Both the position numbers and the translations under genes were made by a program. 64,000 nucleotides of DNA from Asterias rubens (Eukaryota), in NCBI RefSeq assembly GCF_902459465.1, contig NC_047062.1:992001-1056000 (forward strand). Reading direction: 5' to 3'. Position 1 is the first letter of the stretch; each line of letters opens with the position of its first letter. Positions 53,570 to 64,000 of this stretch are shown one piece after another. The notes beneath the pieces were generated by a model that saw only the letters and a list, made by a program, of their open reading frames with translations, ran no database searches and was not told the origin of the DNA.

Positions 53570-53647
53570 CCACGCCGTTTGAACTGACCAAAGATTATTA
53601 ATTCGGCCATGAGTCTGGTGCTCTTAACCGCTCGGACACGGCACGCC
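53570..53647 (-). mobile_element. tRNA-derived SINE family 3 head (Leu/Ser-like)
   Basis: ggcgtgccgtgtccgagcggttaagagcaccagactca on the minus strand; remainder degenerate. Confidence 0.55.
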
Positions 53648-54294
53648 ACAATTCAACCAATCTGTTACATCAATAGTTCGTTTTTGTTTTGTTTTTACTA
53701 ATTAAATTGTACCGAAGACACTTACTATATGAATAGAAATTTACAGTTTGTTTTAAAAAATCTGTTTAATTTGTATGTCATTCTATTCAGAAAATGAAAA
53801 CAACCTTGGGAGAGTGCAGTTATCTTGTTTGGAAGAAAAAGAAGAAAAAAATTCTTAAATAAAAGGGAGTGTTTGCTAATTTTGATTAATCTTTCAGATG
53901 GTGCTTATTCGGGAACTTTAAAACGGCATGTGGAATTAAAGTTGAACTTTGCTGTCTTGCTAGTTACCTTGAAAAGAAAAGACCCCAATTTAGACTATCC
54001 ACTCGAACGAACAATGTTGTTATTGATATTTCAATTACTTAAAGATCAATGATTCCCGATTAGTTTTTATGCCAATCCGTGCTGCAAGCGTCTGTTTGAA
54101 ATGTAGCCAAATGCAATATTAGTAAGCATACGATTCAACTTAAAAAGTAAAAAGGTGCAATTACCGGAGTTCATGGGTATTTTCGCAGATTGTCCTTAAT
54201 TTTTTTTTAGGTACAGTAACAAGCAATGGCAGACATGTTGAAAACAATTGAACATTGCTTGTTATGTACTTTTTCAACGGACACAGCTAAATCT

Positions 54295-54479
54295 TTTAGA
54301 CACTGCTCTAGAATTGTAAGGGTCGTGGGTTCAAATCCCAACCGAGTAGTATGCATGTGATATTTTTTCACAGGACTCGCAAAAGTAAGCCTACTGAGAA
54401 ACAGTGCTAACACACATCGGTATATGGGTAAAAACAAAATTAATATATTATTCGTTATCCCCGATGCAAATTTAACATA
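54295..54479 (+). mobile_element. tRNA-derived SINE family 1
   Basis: gggtcgtgggttcaaatcccaaccgagta...tatccccgatgcaaatttaacat. Confidence 0.75.
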
Positions 54480-55389
54480 CATTATAGCTAAATCTTTCGT
54501 ATGATATACTCCGAGTGTGAGCCAAACTCGTGTTCATGTCTGTGTCATCAAAGGCACAATTCGCCTACATTATTTCCTAAATCTTCCATAAACTTTCACT
54601 GATGTGGTTGGTGGAAAAAAACGTAATGACGGGAATCTTTATTGATCAATCTCCCGTTTCTCATCTTGTGGAAACTCACATCAGCATTAAAGCCATAATC
54701 ACAGTTTGGTTTTGGTCAAATGAAAGGTTGATAAATAGTTTCCCTTTCTGGAATCAACAACTAGCCCCCCCCCCCCCATGCCTGCACTAATAAGGAAAGC
54801 CAGATACATGTCCCCATCATTATTGACGGACAATATCTTGCCGACTTTACAACATTTACATATTTTTAAAATCGACAACTCTTCATCAAAAACGTTCATA
54901 GGTATGGTGCTTCGGTTAATTTCTACCTCCATGGGTTAATGAAGACACAATCATACTGCACTTAGCCATGAGCACTATCTGAAAGCGATCCCCCCTTTAT
55001 TGGAGTACTGAATCAATCGAGATGTGCATTTTTATTAGCAATTCAAAGATTGAAGTACCCATTTGAACTCGGCAGTGGTCAGTAGTGCTCCACGTTCTGC
55101 CACCAGGAGCCGCAGAGCCGCCTCGTTCTCAGATCCAAACGACCTCTTCTTAATACATCGTCCCCGCCCTTCCCACTCTGAGTGATTGGCCACTGAAGGC
55201 ATTGATGGAATGATGGAACAAGGTTTGGGTCAACTTCGTATACTCTTGCTGCGGTAGATGAACCATTTAGATCCAACGAGGACATTAACTCATGATTCCC
55301 TCATATTATGAGGTTCAAATTGTCAATTATGCTAAAGGTCGCCATCATCACGGTGACCCGTCTGAATGGCTTCCGTTTCGTCGTGAAAA

Positions 55390-55655
55390 ATTACCCCCTC
55401 TGAAGTTTTTGAAAAGGAGGTAATTTCTCACTTAAATATTTAAATATGAGAAAGACTTCAGGCCTGAAGCCTTCCTCTGACATCTGAAAGCACACAGATT
55501 TGTGCAACAAGGGTATTTTTTCTTTCATTATTTCCTTGCGATTTCGATGACCAATTGAGCCAAAATGTTCACAGGTTTTTTAATTTGTACATATCTTGGG
55601 ATACACCAACTGAGAATATTGGTCTTTGATAATCACCAAAGGATGTCCAGTGCCT
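55390..55655 (-). mobile_element. MITE family A, truncated
   Basis: Ends ggatgtccagtgcct-ttaa; internal homology. Confidence 0.8.
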
Positions 55656-56170
55656 TTAAAACCCACAACTGTACTGAAATGTGTTGCACGTTCTTTCCGT
55701 GTGGCGTGTAACAATGAAAGACACGTATTACATCAGGGTGTTTTTGATAAGATGAGTTTTGTGATGAGATCGCGAGGGATTCGTATCTTCCTGTTTCTAA
55801 CGGACGATGTCGACCCTTTCAAAATGAAACCAATTCTAGCGTAGTTCCTACTCAGGAAATGAGACAAGAGGTTTCAGGTTGGTCTTCTTTTTGTCATGCT
55901 CCAATAAATAGCTGTGAACCACTTGTTTGGCGTAGTATTAACAGTGCATGGTTGTTCATTGACTAGCGACTTATATGATGGTATTGTTGATAACCACTTT
56001 TTCATGGGTACCAAGTACCATCATGCAATTCGACTATTTCAGGCGCAATATGAAACCAATTGAGTGTGTAAAAGTTAATTAACCACATCCAATTTGAATT
56101 GACCATTTGAAATGACAAGTCTATCCTACCCAATAATACAATCAACAATATGAGGCAAAATCCCTCGTCC

Positions 56171-56178
56171 TATAAAAG
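56171..56178 (+). promoter_or_regulatory. Candidate TATA box for the EH-like gene
   Basis: TATAAAAG about 0.9 kb upstream of the CDS, with donor-like GAAG|GTAATT near 56361; link to the gene is inference. Confidence 0.3.
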
Positions 56179-57085
56179 GCAGTTTGTTAATGAATAACTC
56201 CCGTATTAAACAAAAATAAGGCAATGATAATAATTATCCAATTATAAAACATCACAGTATAAGGTGATTTGAACGAGTTCTTCAATTGACTGTCGCCTAA
56301 AAACAGGCCCCGTTAAACATAACTCCTTGGGCAAATGTTTACCTCGAATGTCACTTTGAAGGTAATTTAATCAGTGGTTTGGAAGTTCAGGATATTTGAC
56401 AATTTCAAGAGGTATCTTCATTGTTTCTTGTTAATAATGAAACTGTCAATCAAAAGGAAGCTGCAAACAATGTCATGAATAAACGTAACTCTTTATACGT
56501 GCTGCTCATTCTCAATATCAACAGCATAGTGTTATAACAACATGAAGGGGACTGGCATTGACATAAACAAAATCAAAGTTCTTAATTTGATATGTACATA
56601 ACAACAATTATTGAAACTTTTTTAGTTGTTGAAGCAACATTGTCGTTTTCTGGATTAATGGTATCATAAGTGGCCCTTTTCTCTTATTTTTGAATTGGTG
56701 ATTTATTTCGCAGTTGTCTGTGCTACTTTATGGTTCCCAAACGAAGGCTAATCCAATACAAGCAATCAACGTCACTGGAGAAATGGTTATACGCAATGTG
56801 TATGTTTGGACTGTTTTTCTTACGGGATTTTATGCATTGCATATATTTGGTTTGCGGTATCACCATGAGTGTATCTGCTTGCCAGGTATATTAGAGTTTG
56901 TTCTTTAGAGAACTGTCTTTCTATATATTTTACTACTGCGGAGTCAAATTTTCGGAATTCGGGAGACTTCTCAGTTCTGGAAAGAAATGTCCTGCTTTAT
57001 TACTCTGGACGAAAGGTAGAAAATCTGCTGGGACTACTACTGTTTTTCTCATTGGTGTATTTTCTTCTCTCGTGTTTGTATACAG

Positions 57086-57397
57086 ATGAGGACAGCACTG
57101 GTAACGTTTTTAGCCATGCTTCTGGTTGGCGACCTGATAGTCTCAGCATTACCCATCGACAATGAACAAGACAGTGACCCCATCTTCGATCACCTCTACA
57201 CCCGAAACATAGTCGAACGCAGGAGCCGAAAAGACCTCACCAAATGCATCTCTGAGTGTGTATCCTGCGCTAAGTATGCCGGACTCTACGCTGATAAATG
57301 CGTACGAGGCTGCAGTAGTAAAACAAGCGGGAAAGGGATCATCAATAAGACGGAGTTCGACGCGTGGAGTGCATGCGAGCAGTTCTTACACCGTTGA
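57086..57397 (+). CDS. Eclosion-hormone-like neuropeptide precursor (103 aa, single coding exon)
   Basis: Hydrophobic signal peptide (MRTALVTFLAMLLVGDLIVSA), acidic spacer, basic cluster ERRSRK, then a mature region with C-x3-C-x2-C-x10-C-x3-C-x20-C-EQFL. This matches the eclosion hormone pattern C-x3-C-x2-C...C-x3-C...C. The ATG directly follows a strong acceptor (tttcttctctcgtgtttgtatacag). GC-richer than flanks. Confidence 0.8.
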   Translation: MRTALVTFLAMLLVGDLIVSALPIDNEQDSDPIFDHLYTRNIVERRSRKDLTKCISECVSCAKYAGLYADKCVRGCSSKTSGKGIINKTEFDAWSACEQFLHR

Positions 57398-59030
57398 GTC
57401 TTAAGTTACTATTACGTTTCTTTGTTTTTCGTTCTCTCCTTTGTTATGAACTCTTTCGACCATAAACATTGACCTTTTTGCTTTTACTTGAACTGGAAGA
57501 CACAATTAAAAACCCCGATCCTCATCAGTTAAAGTCTTTGAGATTACTGAAGTAAGCAGAGAGTAGGTACCAAGTTATAGGAATACATGGGTTTGAGATG
57601 GTACCGACCCCTTGGTTGTTCACCCATCCAAGGAAAGGTATGAAATCGGTTTTGAAGAATGCTTGTTCTGAAACATGATTTTGCTTTAAAAAAAAAGTTA
57701 TCCAAATTGAAAGGGATTGCAGTTTGAAATTAAGAAATACTTTATGTAACAGAACCACAAAGGCTGACCAGTTGCCGAAGTGTTGTCCACAAACGTTATA
57801 CAAGTTAGAGTGATGGAATTTAAGTAGGAAACAATCATCAGTTCTACGATGCGCACCATGAAAGGCCGGGTTTCAGTGATAGGCTAATGGACAACCATTC
57901 AATATGACATCTTTAATCAACCCCAACAATATTAAGTACGAAATTCTCTGAACCAATAGAAGTGATATGAACCATTTCTCTGTATGAAGATTGCAGAACA
58001 AAAAACTTCCAGTACATTGGGAAATGAATTTACCGACTTTAGAACTAACATTTAAGCTTTGGGTAAACAATTTCGTTAAAATAATGAGCTATAAAAATAC
58101 TTCTTTTGGACTGCGAGGATTGGTAACTTCTGATTACATTTCAAAACAATGGTCTTTATTCAAATGAGCGTGCCAACAAAATACACGTAATATTGTATAT
58201 AGTTATAACGACATTCCTTAGCAGTATGTATCTTAATCAATGACTTTACATCAATTGCCCTTAATTATCAAATTATGCATTTCGATTTCCTGTTGTCTGT
58301 CAACTACAAGTTGTTACAGCTCTCCTCGGTAAATTGCCCGAATTGGATCGTATTTCCAGACTGTCAGAACTCAGATAGTAAGGCAGTTGGACATTTTCAC
58401 TGTGCTAAAGTGCTTTTTAATTAAAAGTTTAATGTCCATCTCAATTTAGACTTGAATAATGAGTTTGTATGAACAACATCTTTAAATTCGGAACACAGTT
58501 GTGGCAGACGCGTCTTCTGCTGAAAACCCCATTACATACCTTTTTGATAAAGGTACTTGCTTACATACAGTCTTTGGTTATTTGTTGCGTGTGTGGTTAA
58601 CACAAAAGTTTTGCTAAAGGAGGAACACAAACTCAATCTGACATTAAAACCATCCAACGTAGTGATTGATAATTGTCCGTAAGGATGTCTCTTCATAAGG
58701 TACTTGTTTGTGCAATGTATTCTGACTCTGTTAATATACCAGCTACAGATTATGTGTTGTATATATTGAACACTATTGACAGTCAAAAGGATTTGTAGAA
58801 CAAAGTTTAAATATAATTTGTTTGACTGGCACAACATCACAATTTACCAATGTGAAGTGTATGATATGGGAGTGCAAAGCAAATCTATATTGTATCAAAT
58901 GATAAAGCATGCAAGAAATCCATCACTTTAATAGGTCATTTGATCATTCCCTCATCAAACTTGTACCTATTCACAGAGTTTCGCCTAAACAGAACAATAA
59001 GCCATAGGCCCGAGTTCTTCGAAATAATAG

Positions 59031-59091
59031 TAAATGTCCTTTGAACTGTACAATATTGAGTAAATGACCTTTGAACTGTACAATATTGAGT
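59031..59091. repeat. 30-bp tandem duplication
   Basis: taaatg(t/a)cctttgaactgtacaatattgag x2. Confidence 0.95.
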
Positions 59092-59964
59092 CAACGGCCA
59101 AATGTAAATAGCACTCGGGCCAAAATCTTCAACAATTTCGAAATATCTCCACTTTGAATTGTCATCATTTGGAAATAAAACTTGTCTTGATTTTGTAGTC
59201 ATTACGTAACTCATGAATTCTTATGGCTCAAGTTAGTGTAGGCAATAATCACTATTATAAACCGTTGTAAATGTAAACTGGTTTGTTGATTTTGCCTTCC
59301 TCTGCAAACCAACTCAAATGCCTGAACTTAAAGATAAGCAAACCAATAAACGAATACAATTAAATCGAACATATACAGACGGACGATTTGTTTTGGCGAC
59401 AAGAGTGTTTTAATCTTGTGTTCGTGTAATACGAAAGTTAAAAAATAAATTTATATATATCATTATTTTGTAACAGTAGTTCTGTTAATTAAGGGATTCT
59501 AAAAAACGAAAAAAACCTATCACTGTAACCTACCTGTATAGAAAGAAATGGTGAAGAATTTTCAACTTAGGAAATCCACTAGAGCTGCTTAAACCGAAAG
59601 CCCTGCACCATGGCTGTTTTCATGACATTGCTTTACTAATTTTTCAAAATCTACAGCACCTCAGCAAGTAATATTTTCAGGGAAGCTTTCTACTATCATC
59701 TTCAAACTGTGTAAGTTTAATGTAAATCTGCGGACATTGTGTTTTTTTGTCTTATAAAAGGAACATAGATCCTTAAACAAAAAAAATCAGCATCCCTCAT
59801 TTTTGTCTTTATTGCAATATCGAGTCCGGAACTAACGATCCTTTAGTACCAGTGGGTCGCTATGGAACCTATTATGGAGTCTAAGATATTTCTGTTGTAA
59901 TGACATTGATACAATCAAAGCAAGCATCTGTTTGTGGTTTTCTTGTGCAAGTTTTTCCCCTTAA

Positions 59965-60342
59965 AGGCAGTGGACACTATTGGTAATTGTAAAAGACTAG
60001 CCTTCACAGTTGGTGTATCTCAACAAGTGCATACAATAACAAACCTGTGAAAATTTGAACTCAATCGGTCATCGAACTTGTTAGATAATAATGAAAACAA
60101 AAACACCCTTGTCACACGAAGTTGTGTGCGTTTAGATGGTTCATTTCGAGACCTCAAGTTCTAAATCTGAGGTCTCGAAATCAAATTCGTAGAAAATCAC
60201 CTCTTTCTCAAAAACTGTGGCAATTCAGAGGGAGCCGTTTCTCGCAATGTTTTATAATATCAACCTCTCCCTATTACTCTTAACCAAGAAAGGTTTTATG
60301 GCAATAATTATTTTGAGTAATTACCAAAAGTGTCCACTGCCT
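59965..60342 (+). mobile_element. MITE family A
   Basis: Both TIRs, TTAA TSD. Confidence 0.92.
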
Positions 60343-60482
60343 TTAAAGAGCAAACGCTTATATTGCAACCTGAAACGCGTCAAGTTTTAAGCAATGGTGC
60401 AGAACGAATGACATTATCAAGAAGCATTCTTAGAACACGATGAGATTTCACGAGAAGATCAGACATATTACTTTATTTTTAA

Positions 60483-60857
60483 GGGACTGGAAACTATTGG
60501 TAGTTAATCCAAAAATTATGCTAGCATAAAAAATTACTTGGTAACGAGCAACGGAGAGCTGTTGATAGTATAAAGCATTGTGAGAAACTGCTCCCTCTGA
60601 AGTAACATAGATTTTGAGAAAGATGTAACTTCTAACTCAAATAAAAAAAGACTTCAGGCCTCGAGGCTTTTTGTTATGCATCTGAAAGCATTTTACAAAT
60701 TTATGTGGCAAGGGTGTTTTTTTTCTTGTTTTGTTACTCTCTTGCAACTTCGATGACCAATTGAGTCAACATTTTTACAGATTTGCTAATTTATGCATGT
60801 TGGGATACATCGAGTGATGATAATGGCCTGTAACAACTACCAATGTGTCCAGTACCT
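60483..60857 (-). mobile_element. MITE family A, diverged
   Basis: TTAA at both ends, internal homology. Confidence 0.85.
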
Positions 60858-61674
60858 TTAATTCAAAAATTTGCACATTTTTAAGTCCCACAATATTTTG
60901 AAGGCATTTATTCAGGGGGTAGTGATTTTTTCGTAAAGCAACTGTAACATGACTTTGGCAGTGGGTGTATTTTGAATGATCAATCTCGATCCAGAGTAGT
61001 TCAGTGAGAGAGCCTTGTGGGGCACGACGGAATGTTGTTGTGATGAATTATTTCATTAAAGCAACCTTCTTATGTCTACACAAATAAAGAGGTGTTTATT
61101 GTTCACTAACCACACAGCAAACATCGCTAGAAATATGTTCCTCGTTGAATGACGGACGACAGGAAAACAACAAAATAATATCCTCCAAGGCTTTTCGCAA
61201 GCAGGATGGACTTGTTTAGAAGTCCCACTGTCCCACCCTAAGGGGGTATTGGCAAAATTGATTCATAGTAAATAACAGATTTCCACCATGTCCAACAAGT
61301 CCAAATTCACGGTACAAAAAAAAAGGCACTTTCTGGCGTTTTAATCAAGAATATGCAGTTTCAATCTCTGCGTCTCACCCATGAGTATTACAGCCATAAA
61401 GGTAACAAGGAGGGGGGGGGGGGATGAATATGCACGTAGGCTTGAAGTAGCGTTCGGTGCCAAGTGGGGGCGTTGAAGTGTTTGTGACATGACAAAAGAG
61501 AAAAGGATATCAACCCATATGCACCAAACTACGGCAGTCACTGTGAGTCAGGGATATCAACTCATATGCACCGTTAGCTGTGTCAAACGACGACAACCAA
61601 TGAGACAGTGGTGAGGGGGAAGCGTTGGAGATGGAAAGCAACAATCTCTTGACTATACCCTCATATTGCGTTAA

Positions 61675-62115
61675 AGGGTTTGGGTACTTTTTGTAGGACA
61701 CATATACAAAATGTCCACAGACTTGCAGTAAACTTACTGGTTGAAAGCTTCCCTTGAATCAACAGTGCTGTAGTTTATTAGAAAATAGTAAAACTATGTC
61801 ATTATTGACAAAAAAGGGAAACTGCCAATATGATATAAATTTAGATAGCTCAGTATAGATAGCTCAGTTGGCATAGCACCGGCACGTTAATCCGGAGGTC
61901 GTTGGTTCGAATTCCACTCTGTCTTTCTTCAACCCCGAAAATAGTTTTCGTCTCATTAGGATACGCATATTATTTTGACTAATTTCTTACAAACTACAGC
62001 TGCTCAGCAAGAAATGTTTTAAGGGAAGCTTTCTACCATCATTATCTTCAAACCGTGGATTAATGTGAATTTGTGGACATTGTGCTTTGTGTCCTACAAA
62101 AAGTACCCAAAGCCT
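61675..62115. mobile_element. MITE family C (TTAA-type) containing a SINE
   Basis: TIRs agggtttgggtactttttgtaggacaca / tgtgtcctacaaaaagtacccaaagcct; related right half at about 59620-59775. Confidence 0.8.
61856..61925 (+). mobile_element. tRNA-derived SINE family 4 head (Asn-like GTT loop)
   Basis: tagctcagttggcatagcaccggcacgttaatccggaggtcgttggttcgaattccact; A and B boxes present, acceptor stem not restorable. Confidence 0.65.
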
Positions 62116-62119
62116 GTAA

Positions 62120-62482
62120 AGACACTGGACACTATTAGTAATTGTCAAAGACCAGTCTTCTCACTTGGTGTATCTCAACATATGCATAAATTAACAAACC
62201 TGTGAAAATTTGAGCTCAATTGGTCGTCGAAGTTAATAATGAAAGGAAAAAATACCCTTGTCACACGAAGTTGTGTGCTTTCAGATGCTTGATTTCGAGA
62301 CCTCACATTCTATCTGAGGTCTCGAAATCAAATTCATAGAAAATTACTTCTTTCTCGAAAACTACGTCACTTTAGAGGGAGCCGTTTCTAAAAATGTTTT
62401 ATACCTCTCCACATTACTCGTTACCAAGTAAGGTTTTATACTAATCAATATTTTGAGTAATTACCAATAGTTTCCACTGCTT
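62120..62482 (+). mobile_element. MITE family A
   Basis: Both TIRs; left TSD reads GTAA and is shared with the family C element. Confidence 0.9.
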
Positions 62483-62833
62483 TTAAGATCTCCCGCGCTT
62501 ACTGGATCAGTAATTCACCTACGTCATCACAATGACCGGTAGACACCGCAGGGATTTCATTTCAATGGACTTAATAAACGTCCAATAATAAATTTTCTGT
62601 CACTTTTTTTTTTTACAGGCTCTTAAAATAAAATATTTTCCCCAATTGATTTCCAATCAAAAATACTCGATTCCCAATGGGAAGTTTACAATTTAAATTC
62701 CAATCTCTTCGAAATTGATCGATTTTTAAGTCCTCCCTGCAATAGGCAATGGATCATCATTTATCAAGAGCAGTAAAATGGTTCAAAGGAAATAATTTTC
62801 TCGGATTTACCTCAAGCTGAAATGTATCCTTAG

Positions 62834-63007
62834 GTCTGAAATTGGAATCAAGTGACGGTCCTAAGCAGTTCACTCCTCTGCAAGCAATTCACATCAATGT
62901 TGAGCACCAGAATATGCAGTGGTTACTGAGTTCTCCTCCGGGTGTTTATAGTGTCCTCTTTGGGGCCGGGACTTCACAAATAATCCGCTACGCGGCTCAG
63001 CTTTATG
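62834..63007 (+). CDS. Internal coding exon of an unidentified gene (GLKLESSDGPKQFTPLQAIHINVEHQNMQWLLSSPPGVYSVLFGAGTSQIIRYAAQLYG), phase 1-1
   Basis: Acceptor tgtatccttag, donor ATG|GTAAGA, 174 nt; the other two frames stop within a few codons. Confidence 0.6.
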
Positions 63008-63163
63008 GTAAGAATTCACTCTAGCCAGCTCTCTATATGATTTTTGATTGATTTTTGTTTTTAGTGTAAACCAAGAAAAATATTTTTTATGACTTTAAAA
63101 AATGTATGAGTTGTGCAAATAAAAAAACTTCTTAAAAGGGGAAGGTGAGTTTGAGATCTTTAA

Positions 63164-63848
63164 AGACACTGGACACTATTGGTAATTGTCAAAGACCAGT
63201 CCTCTCATTTGGTGTATATCTCAACATATGCATAAAATAACAAACCTCTGTGAAAATTTGACCTCCAATTGTCGTCGAGGTTGCGAGATAATAATGAAAG
63301 AAAAACACCCTTGTAACACGAAATTGTGTGCTTTCGGATGCTTGATTTTGAGACCCCAAAATCTAATTCTGAGGTCTCGAATCAAATTCGTGGAAAATCA
63401 CTTTCTTTTCTCGAGAACTACGTTACTTCAAAGGGAGCCGCTTATCACAATGTTTTTTACTATAGGTTTTCTCGTTCAGATTCGGCAAATAAGCAGTCAA
63501 TTTCATTTTCGTGCGTTCGGATTAAAGCTGTTTTGCCGCTCCAGTTGTTACTGCGTTTCAAATTCAGATTTCGGTCATTCAATTTCGTTTTGAGTCGAGT
63601 CACATTCCTTTAGCACTCTGTTCAATTTAGCCTCAAGAATTTGAATGCTGCTTTGATGAATTGTAAAATTCAATGACTTTCAATTCGATTTCGCCGAAAT
63701 AAAAATTGAATAGCTTGGAGGTAAAATTGGCTGCTCATTTTCCGAAATTGACAGAGAAAACGTATATCAACAGCTCTCCATTGCTTGTTACCAAGTAGTT
63801 TTTAATGCTAATAATTATTTTAAATAATTACCAAGTTTCCACTGACTT
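63164..63848 (+). mobile_element. MITE family A interrupted by a nested element
   Basis: Consensus breaks near 63462 and resumes near 63765. Confidence 0.88.
63463..63764. mobile_element. Nested TA-flanked MITE (Tc1/mariner-like TSD)
   Basis: ~40-bp imperfect TIRs (taggttttctcgttcagattcggcaaataagcagtcaattt / aaattggctgctcattttccgaaattgacagagaaaacgta), TA duplicated. Confidence 0.8.
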
Positions 63849-64000
63849 TAAAGGCGTTTGGTATCTGAGCCATACGTGTAGCGTCGTTAAAACCAGTTAA
63901 AAACATATTTGAAAATACTTCACAGTAAATGCTTTGTTTGCGTGAAAAACATTTTGATAAGATTTTATAGTGAGAATTTGTCCGAACACAAATATTATGA

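Noticed and set aside
61856-61925. Possible tRNA-Asn gene
   Set aside because: Acceptor and anticodon stems are broken and it sits inside a MITE; better explained as a SINE head.

Overview
AT-rich, intron-rich animal genomic DNA with no operons, CRISPR arrays, rRNA or convincing true tRNA genes. The repeat landscape and an eclosion-hormone-like precursor point to an echinoderm, probably a sea star (inference). The one clearly recognisable protein gene is at 57086-57397 (+): a 103-aa secreted precursor with signal peptide, basic cleavage cluster and six cysteines spaced like eclosion hormone. Several further spliced exons that the ORF track misses or mis-frames can be read from splice signals (33-142/2801-2834, 22835-23970, 30393-30468, 34970-35841, 38053-38196, 49384-49493, 62834-63007). 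None of these products could be assigned to a family and some may be chance. About 20 copies of a ~370-bp TTAA-flanked non-autonomous DNA transposon (Kolobok-like ends) dominate the window and explain many listed ORFs. They occur with other MITE families, nested and stacked insertions, at least four tRNA-derived SINE families, local tandem duplications and decayed coding relics (ankyrin-like, Tx1/L1-like, and one unidentified). Coordinates were counted by eye; no database searches were run.
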